64,000 bases of DNA from Natronospirales bacterium (GCA_021792635.1 JAJYUH010000001.1:10515-74514), one strand, 5' to 3'. Counted from the first letter of the stretch, positions 32,208 through 42,012 are shown. The notes: generated by a model not told the origin, from the letters alone. Made by a program: numbers and translations.

Positions 32208-32255
32208 AAACTGTCTCCCGTTGAAATTTTCAATCATCCGGTTCTGCATCTCATG

Positions 32256-32927
32256 TCACGTCAGTGTGCGTCGCAACCTGTGCCACAGGGATTCGGGTTG
32301 CGTGGACCGCAGTGGCACCCGGAAGGTCTTTTCGCTGTCACCATGACGCAGATCGGCTGTCAGGACGCCGTGGGCTCCGGCATGGGCCATTACGTGCAAG
32401 TCGAGCAGATTGCGGCCTTTCTTGAGTTCACCCAGCCAACTGATGCGATGTTCACCGGGGTGGCCCTCTATCTCGACGCCCTGTGGCAGGGAAACCGTGA
32501 AGCGCACATTGCGGATGGCATTGCCCGCATTGAAGGCCAATTGCACGGTGGTATCCGCGTCACCCCGCAGGATAACCTCACCGTGATTCACCACGTAGCC
32601 CGTATTTCCCGGCGCCAGCCGCTGGAGGCCGATGCCGATGCCGATTCCCAGCACCAAGGTCGCAGCGAGGGCCCAGGTGGTGACGATTTGCCAATGCCTG
32701 CGCCGCTCCGCCGCATACACATGGGCGAATGTCCGCTGCGGGAATCCCGCCGGTACGGCCGGCGGGGGATTATCGTACAGCGTCCGGTACACACGCAGAT
32801 CCAGTTGCCAGCCACGCCGGCAACCGGAACAGTTATCCACATGCGCCTGCACGGCCGCCGGGGTTGGCTTATCCAGGCCCTCCGCCAGACGGGTTTCCAG
32901 TAATGCTTGGCAGGTGTCGCAGTTCAT
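32256..32927 (-). CDS. Zinc-finger anti-sigma factor with a TM helix and periplasmic Ig-like domain
   Basis: MNC...HVDNCSGC (HxxxCxxC ZAS motif) and one TM helix; overlaps the sigma stop. Confidence 0.88.
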   Translation of the reverse strand: MNCDTCQALLETRLAEGLDKPTPAAVQAHVDNCSGCRRGWQLDLRVYRTLYDNPPPAVPAGFPQRTFAHVYAAERRRHWQIVTTWALAATLVLGIGIGIGLQRLAPGNTGYVVNHGEVILRGDADTTVQLAFNAGNAIRNVRFTVSLPQGVEIEGHPGEHRISWLGELKKGRNLLDLHVMAHAGAHGVLTADLRHGDSEKTFRVPLRSTQPESLWHRLRRTLT

Positions 32928-33529
32928 GTTTCCGATGCCTCGTGCAGTAACACGCCGATTCCCTGAGAAAGGTTCCCTTCTTCCAGCAGCGTTCTGAGCC
33001 TGCGCCGGGCGCGGAACAGCCTGGATTTGACGGTGCCGAGGGGCAGATCCAGGAGCCCGCACAACTCATTCATGGTATGTCCTTCCATGTCGTGCAGCAC
33101 CAGGATCGCGCGTTGCTCCCTGCCCAGGGCATAGAGCGCCGCCAAGATCCGGTCCCGGACCGCCTCGGTATGGGCGAGCCGTTCCGGGTCGTCCTCCTGG
33201 GAATCTTGGTCCTGCAACAACTCGTCCCAGGGAACCTGGTACAGGTTGCGCAGGGGCGTGTGCCGACCGCGGCGCCACTGGTCCACGAAAAGATTATGCA
33301 GGGCGCGGTTGAGCCAGGAATGCAGATTGTCCAGTTGTCCAAGCTGCTCCGGTTTGCGGTAGAGCCTGAGGAGCAGTTCCTGCACCAGATCTTCTGCGTC
33401 CTGGGGGTGTCCGCTTAAGCGATAAGCGGTGCGGTAGAGGGAACCCAGATGAGGACCCACCCGGGCTTCAAATCGTGCCTGGCGGTCGGTGCGGGCTCCC
33501 GGCCTGGGCCGGAAAGGGACGAGCTTCAT
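32924..33529 (-). CDS. ECF (sigma-70 group 4) sigma factor
   Basis: DAEDLVQE region 2 and GTVKSRLFRARRRLR region 4. The likely start is ATG 33529, just after a promoter-like motif. Confidence 0.93.
   Translation of the reverse strand: MKLVPFRPRPGARTDRQARFEARVGPHLGSLYRTAYRLSGHPQDAEDLVQELLLRLYRKPEQLGQLDNLHSWLNRALHNLFVDQWRRGRHTPLRNLYQVPWDELLQDQDSQEDDPERLAHTEAVRDRILAALYALGREQRAILVLHDMEGHTMNELCGLLDLPLGTVKSRLFRARRRLRTLLEEGNLSQGIGVLLHEASET
32949..32976 (-). promoter_or_regulatory. ECF-type promoter motif, copy inside the 3' end of the sigma gene
   Basis: GGAACCTTT-N13-CGTGTT, upstream of the anti-sigma start. Confidence 0.6.
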
Positions 33530-33536
33530 CCGGTTA

Positions 33537-33564
33537 GACACGCTGTTCAGGGCAAAAAGGTTTC
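33537..33564 (-). promoter_or_regulatory. ECF-type promoter motif upstream of the sigma gene
   Basis: GAAACCTTT-N13-CGTGTC(TAA), with the same spacing as the 32949-32976 copy. Confidence 0.6.
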
Positions 33565-33629
33565 ATCGGGAACGGTGCGGCGTGACTGAGCGGCATTTCT
33601 TGATTGGCAGCGAGGTGCGACAGCCTTTT

Positions 33630-34115
33630 TCAGAGCCACCGACGCATACGCTGTCTGTAGCCCAGGTAATCGGCGCCGAATTTTCTCTCCAGATAGCGTT
33701 CTTCCCTGGTTATGACGTTGCGATCCACAAGCAGGACGACGACAGGCACCGCCAGCAGGGGCCAGAGGGCATTGCCCAATAGACTGATGCCGAGACTCAC
33801 CAGAGTCAGCCCGAGATACATGGGATTGCGCGTGAAACGGTAAGGACCGGCGGTGGTGAACGCGGTGGTGGGCTTGTGGGGATTGGGGCTGGTGCCGGCG
33901 TGACGGAATGTAATCACTGCCCAGGCACCCAATGAGAGTCCCAGAAAAATCGCCGCCGCTCCGGCTATGGAGAGCAGTGACCGGTGCGCCGTTATCACGA
34001 GTTGCACGGGCAGAAGCCACTGGATCCAGAATCCGAGCATGAGCCCGATGAGATAGTAGAAGGGTGGAGGAAATCTGATACCCGAGGTGGCGTGGGTCTG
34101 TTCATCTGTTTCCAT
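33630..34115 (-). CDS. Isoprenylcysteine carboxyl methyltransferase / PEMT family protein
   Basis: GPYRFTRNPMYLG and REERYLERKFGADY motifs. Confidence 0.9.
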   Translation of the reverse strand: METDEQTHATSGIRFPPPFYYLIGLMLGFWIQWLLPVQLVITAHRSLLSIAGAAAIFLGLSLGAWAVITFRHAGTSPNPHKPTTAFTTAGPYRFTRNPMYLGLTLVSLGISLLGNALWPLLAVPVVVLLVDRNVITREERYLERKFGADYLGYRQRMRRWL

Positions 34116-34184
34116 GGGCTTTCTCCCAAGCAACGCAATCACTGCGTGCAATAGTAAACCCGCTTCCACGCAGAAAGCACCGGC

Positions 34185-36065
34185 TCAGTACAGTATGCGG
34201 AAACGCAAGGTGTGCGGTATCTGCCGGATAGATGCGATCACCGTATCGGAATAGTTCTTGTTCACGTCGGTGATGACATAGCCGATGCGCTCAGTGGTCT
34301 TGAGGTACTGGCCGAGGATATTGGCGCCGTGAGCGGCCAGTGCCTGGTTGATGTGCGCCAGAATGCCGGGCACGTTCTCGTGCACGTGCATCAAGCGATG
34401 GGCGTCCGCCTGCGGTGGCAGGCGCAGCGCCGGGAAATTGACGCTGTTCTCGGTGCTGCCGGTATTGATGTAATCCATGATGCGGCCGCTGACGAAACGG
34501 CCGATGTCCTGTTGGGCTTCCAGCGTGCTGCCGCCGATATGCGGTGTGAGCAGGGCATGCGGCAGCTTGCGCAGCGGGTGATCGAATGGTTCGCCGTTGG
34601 CGTGGGGTTCCTCGGGAAACACATCCACCACCGCCCCGCGCAGCCGGCCGGATGCGAGCTGCTCATACAGCGCTTCCAGGTCCACCACATGGCCGCGGCT
34701 CAGGTTCAGGAACACGGCACCCGGCCGCATGCGCGCGAATTCGGGTGGGCCGATAAGATTGGTGTTTTCCTTGCGGCCGTCCACATGCACCGTAACCGCG
34801 TCCGAGATGTCCAGCAGTGCATTCAGCGAAGCGCATTTCTGCGCCCTGCCCAGCGCGAGTTTTTCCGCCACGTCGTAGAAACACACCTCCATGCCCAGCG
34901 ATTCCGCCAGCACCGAGAGCTGCATGCCGATGTTGCCGTAGCCGATGATGCCTAGGCGCTTGCCGCGCACCTCGTGGCTGTTGTTTGCTGATTTATCCCA
35001 CACGCCCCGGTCCATGAGCCGCATCTTCTCGGGGATGCTGCGCATCAGCAGGATGATCTCGGCGAGGGCCAGTTCGACCACCGAACGGGTGTTGCTGAAG
35101 GGCGCGTTGAACACGGCGATGCCGCGGGATTCGCAGGCACGCAGATCAATCTGGTTGGTGCCGATACAAAAGGCGCCCACGGTGAGGAGCCGCTTTGCGG
35201 AGGCCAGCACCTTTTGCGTGAGCCGGGTCTTGGAGCGGATACCGAGAATGGCCGTGTCGGCGATGCGTTCCGCCAGCGCGCTTTCCTCCAGGCTGCCGGC
35301 CAGCGTTTCCACCGCGTAACCTTCCTTCTCGAAAGCCGCGGCGGCGCCCGCATGGATGTTCTCCAGCAGCAGCACCTTGAGACGGTTTTTGGGATAGGAC
35401 ACCGCGGCGTGAAAACCGCAGTCGTACAGCACCTCGTCGAAACTGGGCGCCACGCGCCGCGCCTGCCTGACTACCTCTTCGCGACACACGTTTTCCGTGA
35501 AGGCATAGAAGCGCTGGGCGGCGCCGGCCTGGAAAATCCGGTAATCGCTCCAGCCGTCACCCACCACCACGACTTCGCCGGGCAGCTTGAGCGCGGCAAC
35601 CGTTTTTGCCTTGCCGCCGTCAGCGGACAGAGGGTTGCTCCAATCGCAGCCGCTCACGTAACCGTGCGCATCGAAACTGAGTGTGTTGGCGTGCACATGC
35701 CCGGCTCTGAGGCCCAGCATTTGTACCACGGGGGTCACCACTTCACGGAAACCGCTGGTCACCACGTAAACCCGGTCGGCATGCGCAGTCAGGAAGCCGC
35801 GGTTGCGCAGGAAAGAGGGGGTGATCTCGTGCTGCAGACGCTCGATGAGCGGTGGCAGCAAATCGCGGTGTATGTGCAGTATTTTCAGACGTTCCGCCAG
35901 GGCGGTGCGGAAATCCATGTGGCCGGCCATGGCGGCATCCGTGAGAGTTTTAATGCGCCCGTGCATGCTCGCACCCTCCGGTACGAGTTCGGCGAGGATC
36001 TCAAAAGTCTCCACGCGTACCAAGGTGCTGTCAAAATCTAGAATGAAGCGGATAGTTGCAGACAT
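34185..36065 (-). CDS. serA: D-3-phosphoglycerate dehydrogenase with an N-terminal HAD (phosphoserine phosphatase-like) domain and a C-terminal ACT domain
   Basis: HAD motifs DFDST and VGDGWSD; SerA motifs FCIGTNQ, GYGNIG and TPHIGGST; ACT-type HENVPGILA. Confidence 0.92.
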   Translation of the reverse strand: MSATIRFILDFDSTLVRVETFEILAELVPEGASMHGRIKTLTDAAMAGHMDFRTALAERLKILHIHRDLLPPLIERLQHEITPSFLRNRGFLTAHADRVYVVTSGFREVVTPVVQMLGLRAGHVHANTLSFDAHGYVSGCDWSNPLSADGGKAKTVAALKLPGEVVVVGDGWSDYRIFQAGAAQRFYAFTENVCREEVVRQARRVAPSFDEVLYDCGFHAAVSYPKNRLKVLLLENIHAGAAAAFEKEGYAVETLAGSLEESALAERIADTAILGIRSKTRLTQKVLASAKRLLTVGAFCIGTNQIDLRACESRGIAVFNAPFSNTRSVVELALAEIILLMRSIPEKMRLMDRGVWDKSANNSHEVRGKRLGIIGYGNIGMQLSVLAESLGMEVCFYDVAEKLALGRAQKCASLNALLDISDAVTVHVDGRKENTNLIGPPEFARMRPGAVFLNLSRGHVVDLEALYEQLASGRLRGAVVDVFPEEPHANGEPFDHPLRKLPHALLTPHIGGSTLEAQQDIGRFVSGRIMDYINTGSTENSVNFPALRLPPQADAHRLMHVHENVPGILAHINQALAAHGANILGQYLKTTERIGYVITDVNKNYSDTVIASIRQIPHTLRFRILY

Positions 36066-36149
36066 GCATGGCAGTGTAAGTGTGTTCGCAGTCACATGGT
36101 ACACTGATTCCGTCTCACGCCGATTAAGTCCGGCTTGGTGTGGTTGCTT

Positions 36150-37364
36150 ATGCAGACATCGTCCTGCCTGATCCATCTTGAATGCAGCGCCTGTGGCAAA
36201 CGCCATGCATCCGAGCAATTGATTGGTTTGTGCCCCGCCTGCGGCAAGCCGCTGCTGGCGCGTTATGACACGGCGCAAGCGGCGCACACGTTTACCCGCG
36301 AGTCGCTCAAAGCACGGCGTGCGGATCTGTGGCGTTACGCGGAAATGCTGCCGCTGCGGGATGACCGCTTTCAACTGGCCCTGGGTGAAGGCTGGACGCC
36401 GCTGCTAAAGGCGCGTTTTGGCGCGCGTCTGGGCTGTGCCGAAACCTGGATAAAGGATGAATCCTGCAATCCCACTGGCAGTTTCAAGGCGCGCGGCTTG
36501 TGCATGGCGGTGAGCCGTGCCTTTGAGTTGGGTGCGCAGAGTATCGCCATCCCCAGCGCCGGCAATGCCGGCAGCGCCATGGCCGCCTACTGCGCCGCCG
36601 CCGGGCTTCAGGCCCAGGTGTTCATTCCGCAGGATGCGCCGCCGGCCTTTGCGGCCGAGGCATGCGCCTATGCCGCACGGGTGGAGCTGGTGGACGGACT
36701 CATCACCGATTGTGCAAGAAAAGTGCGTGAGGGCGTGCAGCGTTACGGCTGGTTCGACGTGAGCACCCTCAGGGAACCGTACCGCATCGAAGGCAAGAAG
36801 ACCATGGGTTATGAGCTTACCGAGCAACTGCACTGGAAACTGCCGGATGTCATTATCTATCCCACCGGCGGCGGCACGGGGCTCATCGGCATGTGGAAGG
36901 CCTTCGAGGAAATGCAGCAGCTTGGGCTGATTGATGACAAACGGCCGCGCATGGTGAGTGTGCAGGCGGAAGGCTGCGCACCCGTCGTCAGGGCTTTCCA
37001 TGACGGCGCCGATCATGCGGAAGCGTGGCAAGGCGCAAAAACCATCGCCGATGGTCTGCGCGTACCTTCCGCCATAGGCGATTTCCTCATGCTCCGGGTG
37101 CTGCGGGAAAGTCACGGTACCGCCGTGGCGGTGAGCGACAGCGAGATGATCGAGTATGCCCGCATCATGGCCGCCGGCAGCGGCGTGTTCCCCGGACCGG
37201 AAGGCGCCGCCTGCCTCGCTGCGCAGGTCAAACTGCTGGATGCCGGCTGGATCGGGGGTGGTGAGATGGTGGTGTTGTTCAACACCGGCACACCCCTCAA
37301 GCACATCCATCTCTGGGCAAAAAATACCCAGCGATTTCTCACTCCCGGCCGTGGGCGCGGATGA
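36150..37364 (+). CDS. thrC: Threonine synthase
   Basis: LGEGWTPL, NPTGSFKARG, PSAGNAG, EGKKTMGYE and YPTGGGTG motifs, plus an N-terminal CxxC..CxxC. Confidence 0.85.
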   Translation: MQTSSCLIHLECSACGKRHASEQLIGLCPACGKPLLARYDTAQAAHTFTRESLKARRADLWRYAEMLPLRDDRFQLALGEGWTPLLKARFGARLGCAETWIKDESCNPTGSFKARGLCMAVSRAFELGAQSIAIPSAGNAGSAMAAYCAAAGLQAQVFIPQDAPPAFAAEACAYAARVELVDGLITDCARKVREGVQRYGWFDVSTLREPYRIEGKKTMGYELTEQLHWKLPDVIIYPTGGGTGLIGMWKAFEEMQQLGLIDDKRPRMVSVQAEGCAPVVRAFHDGADHAEAWQGAKTIADGLRVPSAIGDFLMLRVLRESHGTAVAVSDSEMIEYARIMAAGSGVFPGPEGAACLAAQVKLLDAGWIGGGEMVVLFNTGTPLKHIHLWAKNTQRFLTPGRGRG

Positions 37365-37379
37365 TGGGAGAAGGCTGCA

Positions 37380-39584
37380 TTAATACATTCCCCACACCAG
37401 TTTCACCACCACGGTGTTGCCGGTAATGGTCTGGGTGCCCTGCAGCAGGTTGGGGTTGAGCGTCAGACCATGACTCCACACCAGATAGAAGATGCGGTCC
37501 GGCTGGATGTTCCACTGCAAAATCGCGTTCTCCGAGGTGTTGTGGCTGATGTTGTTGTACTGCGTGAGCGTCGAGAGCGTGAGGTTCGGCGTGAAGGAAT
37601 AGCCCAGGCTCATCTGTGCGAAGCGCAGGACGCCGTTGCCGCCGGGCGTGTAGAGCCAGATCGCGCCTGCGGCGACACTGCTGTTGAAGTGCCCACCGGG
37701 CGTGGCCCAGGACAGCTGCGGTACGACGTCATGGTAGTGTCCGTTGTATAGGCCGCCGAATTCACCGGAGGTGGAAAACACCAGCGGATTGGAGGGCGGC
37801 GTCGAAAACTGCACGTGATTAGTAGTGAAATGATAGGCGCCGGCCGGAAAGGTTACGCTCGGCAAAATGGGATAAGGCGAGGCCAGTACCTCGTAGCTCG
37901 GCTGCACGCGGTACTGGACGGTCCAACCTGTCTGGCTGGTGAACTGAATCGGGGTGAAGGACCAGTCGTTGCTTTGCACGCGGTTGTCGAGACCGGTAAC
38001 GTAATACCAGTTGGCATTGAAGAAGAATTGCCGCACCCAGGAAAGATCACTGTTCGCGCCGGGACGCGGCTGATAGGTGATATCCGCAGAAGTCTGCTTG
38101 GTGCCGGGGCGCTGAATGAAGCCCAGGGCCGGATTCAGGGCATTGCCGTAGAAGTTGTAATTGAAGTCCGCGTACCAGAGGTTATTGGGGTATTCCGCGT
38201 CGAAGCCGTAACCGTTGGGTGTGCCGGTGGGCAGATCGCTGCCGGAGGAGCGCGCCGCCCAGGCGGAAAGGTTCAGGTTCTTGTCACCCCCGAGCGTGGA
38301 GGTGCTCCAGGTACTGTCGAAAGCGGTAAGCGTGTTGCTGCCCCGGCCCGTGGGATCGCCGTGGGTCACCAACGTGCCCACGCGCCACTGGCTGTTGAGG
38401 TTATAGGATGCCCGGCCGGCGAATAGATTGGTGGCATTCGACACGCTGGTTCCCGCCATTTGTGTATCCAGCAGGCCCAACGTCCAGCCGTCGGTATGGC
38501 CGAGCAGCTTTACGCCTTCGTTAAGCGGCACCGTTTGACCGTTGATAATGCCGATACTGCGGGAGTAGAACGGGATGAAGTTCTGCCTCAGGTTGTGACT
38601 GAAGGTGAAGATGTTGGCCCCGTCCAGAAAGAAAGCGCGGGTTTCGGGAATGGTCTGAGGATAGGGCGAACCGTTGATCTGCTGTGAGTTGGCTTGGGCC
38701 TCGGAAAAGTCCGTGTGGTAGGTGAACAGGCCCGCCAATTCGGGCGTGATGTTGTACTTGAGATCGAAGCCGGTCCAGCCCGCGGTATCGTGTTTGGTGT
38801 CGCTGTATTCGGTGACCGCGTAGGGATCAAATTCGAGGCCATTGCCCTGGCTCAGGCCCTGGATGCCGGTGAGGGCGCCTTCCCATTGCAGGTTGGTTAC
38901 GGAGGCGTTCAAGTTGATGCCGGACCAGACAAGCGTGAGCTGTTTGCGCGGCACGTAGCGGCTGATATTGAATCCCCACACGGCGTGCCGGTTGTTGAAT
39001 TGCAGGCTCTGGGTGTCAATGCGGATTTCCGCGGTCCAGCCAGTGCGGGTGCGTCTTACCGCCGCAGTCCAGTAACCATTCCAGCTGTAGTCCACAGTGG
39101 GAGTGTTGCTGTTGCCGTTGAAATAGCCCGGCGAAATCAGGCCGTCGGCCATGGCACCGCCGGCGTTGACTTGGAACACGTACGCAAGCTTGTGCTGATC
39201 GAAGGTGTCGAGCACGATCATGACGTTATCGTCATTGGACTGGTCACCGTCGCGCTGCAGGGTGTGCACTGCGATTTTCGCGGGGTCCGGGTCGGTGCAG
39301 ATGATGCCGAAGTAGAGGTGCCGCCGGCCGCGCAGAATGCGCACCGTGGTGGTGAAGGGCGTGGGCGCACCGGGATGCGGGTTCTGCTGTGTCAGCATAA
39401 TCACCGGCGCGCTCCGCCAGACGGGTTCGTTGAGATCACCGTCCAGAACGATATCGCCGGTTTTGACGCCGGCGGCGATCACCGGCGTCTGGGCCGGTTC
39501 CTTGAGCGACGCGGCCCGGGCGGCGCCCGCCAGGAACATGGCGATCAGAATCAGGGACAAAACGGGTCTGTTGAGGTTGACCAT
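37380..39584 (-). CDS. Outer-membrane protein with an N-terminal carbohydrate-binding family 9-like domain and a beta-barrel (DUF5916-like)
   Basis: LDGDLNEPVW..GWTAEIRI CBM9-like region; NTDF/ETRAFFL..FYSR barrel motifs; signal peptide. Confidence 0.8.
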   Translation of the reverse strand: MVNLNRPVLSLILIAMFLAGAARAASLKEPAQTPVIAAGVKTGDIVLDGDLNEPVWRSAPVIMLTQQNPHPGAPTPFTTTVRILRGRRHLYFGIICTDPDPAKIAVHTLQRDGDQSNDDNVMIVLDTFDQHKLAYVFQVNAGGAMADGLISPGYFNGNSNTPTVDYSWNGYWTAAVRRTRTGWTAEIRIDTQSLQFNNRHAVWGFNISRYVPRKQLTLVWSGINLNASVTNLQWEGALTGIQGLSQGNGLEFDPYAVTEYSDTKHDTAGWTGFDLKYNITPELAGLFTYHTDFSEAQANSQQINGSPYPQTIPETRAFFLDGANIFTFSHNLRQNFIPFYSRSIGIINGQTVPLNEGVKLLGHTDGWTLGLLDTQMAGTSVSNATNLFAGRASYNLNSQWRVGTLVTHGDPTGRGSNTLTAFDSTWSTSTLGGDKNLNLSAWAARSSGSDLPTGTPNGYGFDAEYPNNLWYADFNYNFYGNALNPALGFIQRPGTKQTSADITYQPRPGANSDLSWVRQFFFNANWYYVTGLDNRVQSNDWSFTPIQFTSQTGWTVQYRVQPSYEVLASPYPILPSVTFPAGAYHFTTNHVQFSTPPSNPLVFSTSGEFGGLYNGHYHDVVPQLSWATPGGHFNSSVAAGAIWLYTPGGNGVLRFAQMSLGYSFTPNLTLSTLTQYNNISHNTSENAILQWNIQPDRIFYLVWSHGLTLNPNLLQGTQTITGNTVVVKLVWGMY

Positions 39585-39718
39585 GGGGGTCCTCGGTATG
39601 GAGCATTGCGTATCTGGATCAGGGAAACCAGCCGCCGGTTGGGATGCGGCGCGCGGGTGTGTTTACGGCGGCGAAGTGCAGTGCGGCGGGCTCGGCAGCA
39701 TGGCGGACTCCCGGTAGT

Positions 39719-40441
39719 TCAGTTGGGCGGGCACATGGGGATGCGCACACCGGCAGGCGCCACACCGGAAAATTTCACGGCCGTCGCACCGGTGACACCA
39801 TGGATCACGGCACGGTCGCTGACGTACAGTTTGCCGGGGCGTTCGAAAGCAATGGTGCCGGTTACCGTGGTGTATGGGCCCACGATCAGGCGAGGCTCAT
39901 GGTTGCTCGGTTCGGTACCGTTGGTTTTTTTGACGGTCACGTTTCCCTGCATCACGGTACCGTCCGCGAGCAGCGCCGTGCCATTGTAGAAACTCAGACC
40001 ACCGTCCACCTGTGCACCGCAGAGCGCGATATTGCCGTTCACGTCACGCACGGTGCCGCCGATGTGTACGCCGCTGGCGGCGTGGATATCGCCGTTCACC
40101 GTGGCCACGTCGCCAGTGACGTCCGCATTTTTGCCTAGGGAGATGCCACCATTGATGGCCGCCAGTTCACCGCTATGCACGGCGTCGGCCTGTGTGATAC
40201 CGCCATTGATGGTGGCCAGTTTGCCGGTCTGCGCACCCGCCGCCACGCTGATCTTGCCATTGATGGTGCGCAATTCCCCGTTCACCACGGCGCCGGGACC
40301 GACGGTGATTTCACCGTTGATGGTGCTGCTGCCACTCGACCAGTGCGCATGGGCCGGGACCGTGATGTTCTTGTTGATATTGCAGCCGGCCAGCAGCAGG
40401 ACGAGAGCGGGAAGTGCAAGCGACAGACGGAGGATTTTCAT
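39719..40441 (-). CDS. Lipoprotein with beta-helix (T[IV]NG[EKG]I) repeats
   Basis: Lipobox LLAGC and repeated TINGxI units. Confidence 0.8.
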   Translation of the reverse strand: MKILRLSLALPALVLLLAGCNINKNITVPAHAHWSSGSSTINGEITVGPGAVVNGELRTINGKISVAAGAQTGKLATINGGITQADAVHSGELAAINGGISLGKNADVTGDVATVNGDIHAASGVHIGGTVRDVNGNIALCGAQVDGGLSFYNGTALLADGTVMQGNVTVKKTNGTEPSNHEPRLIVGPYTTVTGTIAFERPGKLYVSDRAVIHGVTGATAVKFSGVAPAGVRIPMCPPN

Positions 40442-40458
40442 GGCAAGGTCCCCTGCGG

Positions 40459-41763
40459 TTATTCCTGTGACACGGTGATGTCGCCGCTGCCGGTCTCAAG
40501 ATTCGCGCTGCCTTTGGCACCGTTCACGTCCGCGCGCAGATAACCCCGTTTGACGGTGATGTTCTGCATGCCGGGCAGGTTCACGTGCACCTCGCCTGAA
40601 TCGGAATCGGCGACGATATGCAGTGAAGGTATGGTCGTGGTATGGATCACGATGTCACCACTGCCGGTTTTAGCCACCAGGCGCGTGACGCCGCTCAGGT
40701 CACCCCGCACGCTGACCTCGCCACTGCCGGTGCCGAGATCCACGGTGCCGGTGGCAGTCAGCGCATGGATGGTGATGTCGCCGCTGCCGGTGCCGGCTTT
40801 AAGCTGGAAAGTCGCCGCCCTTTTGATGCTGATGTCACCCGAGCCGGTGGAAAAATCGCCGCTGCCAGTGAGGTCACTCACCACCACGTCACCGGAGCCG
40901 GTGGAGGCCTCGAGTGCCAGCGCCACATCGGTGGCATTGACATCGCCTGAGCCGGTCTCGATCTTTGCCCTGCCGTGTTGGGCCTGATTGAGTATCACGT
41001 CACCCGAGCCGGTGGACACCTTGAGGTCGCCGCTGCTCTTTTCGATACGCACATCCCCGGAGCCGGTGCTGGCAAAAAGCGAACCCGTGTGGCTGCTGAT
41101 GCGCACATCGCCGCTGCCGGTTTTGGCGCTCACCACGCCCTGAATCTGTCCGGCGTGCAAATCGCCGCTGGCACTCGCGAGTTTTACATCGCTGCGCAGA
41201 TCCGCGGCACTCACCAAGCCCACATAGTTGCTGAATTCCCCGGCAGTGCCGGCCGGCAGGGTTACAGCCACGTTCACGTGCAGCGGCACGCCGCGGTTCC
41301 CGCTGTACACCCGTACCCGCTCGCCTTGGTAGCGCAGGCCGGTTTCACCGCCGCTGAAGCAGAAGAACAGGATGCAGTGGTTATCACCGCTGTGCTCCCT
41401 GTTTTCAGCGTTGTGCGGGACGTAGCTGTAGGTGTCGTACCGGTCCACGGGGTAGTTCACGTGCACACTCACCTGACCGTTTTCATTGGACACGGAAAGT
41501 TTCACGCGTTTGGCGAGCGCCTCTGCGGCGGCCTGATCTTTGCCGCCCGCCACCACCGTGGCGATGACCTGGAACTGGTTCCCCGGGGTGACAGTCATAT
41601 GACCAGCGAGATTTTCCACGCGCACCCGGCTGCCGGCAGGTACGGCGGGGCTCTTTGTGAGGGTGGTCCGGACGACCGGACCGGCGGCGGCCCAGGCGGG
41701 CTGGAGCAGGGCCCCGAGGACCAGCAGGGGCAGGCTGAGTAGGACAAGGTGGCGGGGGCGCAT
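40459..41763 (-). CDS. DUF4097-like beta-strand repeat protein
   Basis: Signal peptide, AGGAG RBS and about 11 TGSG[DE] repeats. Confidence 0.85.
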   Translation of the reverse strand: MRPRHLVLLSLPLLVLGALLQPAWAAAGPVVRTTLTKSPAVPAGSRVRVENLAGHMTVTPGNQFQVIATVVAGGKDQAAAEALAKRVKLSVSNENGQVSVHVNYPVDRYDTYSYVPHNAENREHSGDNHCILFFCFSGGETGLRYQGERVRVYSGNRGVPLHVNVAVTLPAGTAGEFSNYVGLVSAADLRSDVKLASASGDLHAGQIQGVVSAKTGSGDVRISSHTGSLFASTGSGDVRIEKSSGDLKVSTGSGDVILNQAQHGRAKIETGSGDVNATDVALALEASTGSGDVVVSDLTGSGDFSTGSGDISIKRAATFQLKAGTGSGDITIHALTATGTVDLGTGSGEVSVRGDLSGVTRLVAKTGSGDIVIHTTTIPSLHIVADSDSGEVHVNLPGMQNITVKRGYLRADVNGAKGSANLETGSGDITVSQE

Positions 41764-41779
41764 GAGGGTATCTCCTAGT

Positions 41780-41797
41780 TAGTGATATATCTCACTA
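41780..41797. promoter_or_regulatory. Palindromic operator-like site upstream of the DUF4097 operon
   Basis: TAGTGA-N6-TCACTA in an AT-rich stretch directly upstream of the RBS. Confidence 0.45.
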
Positions 41798-42012
41798 TAA
41801 CACCTAGAGGCCGTTTGTCAAGGGTATGGCAGCTAAGGTATGCGGCAACTTGCGCTAGTACCATTCCCGGCAGTGGGAGAGAGTCCCGTCTCCCGGCGAA
41901 TCCCTATACCGTAAAGTGGCGTGGTTTCCAGGATCAAGAAGCTCCTGCTCCCGCTGGGGCCAGACCCGTGCGGTTTGATCCACCCGTCTCACACTGAACT
42001 TTGGAGGTTGCC

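Noticed and set aside
40459-41200. Periodic ACCGGCTCCGGTGA-like DNA repeats
   Set aside because: They are fully explained by the encoded TGSGD protein repeats.
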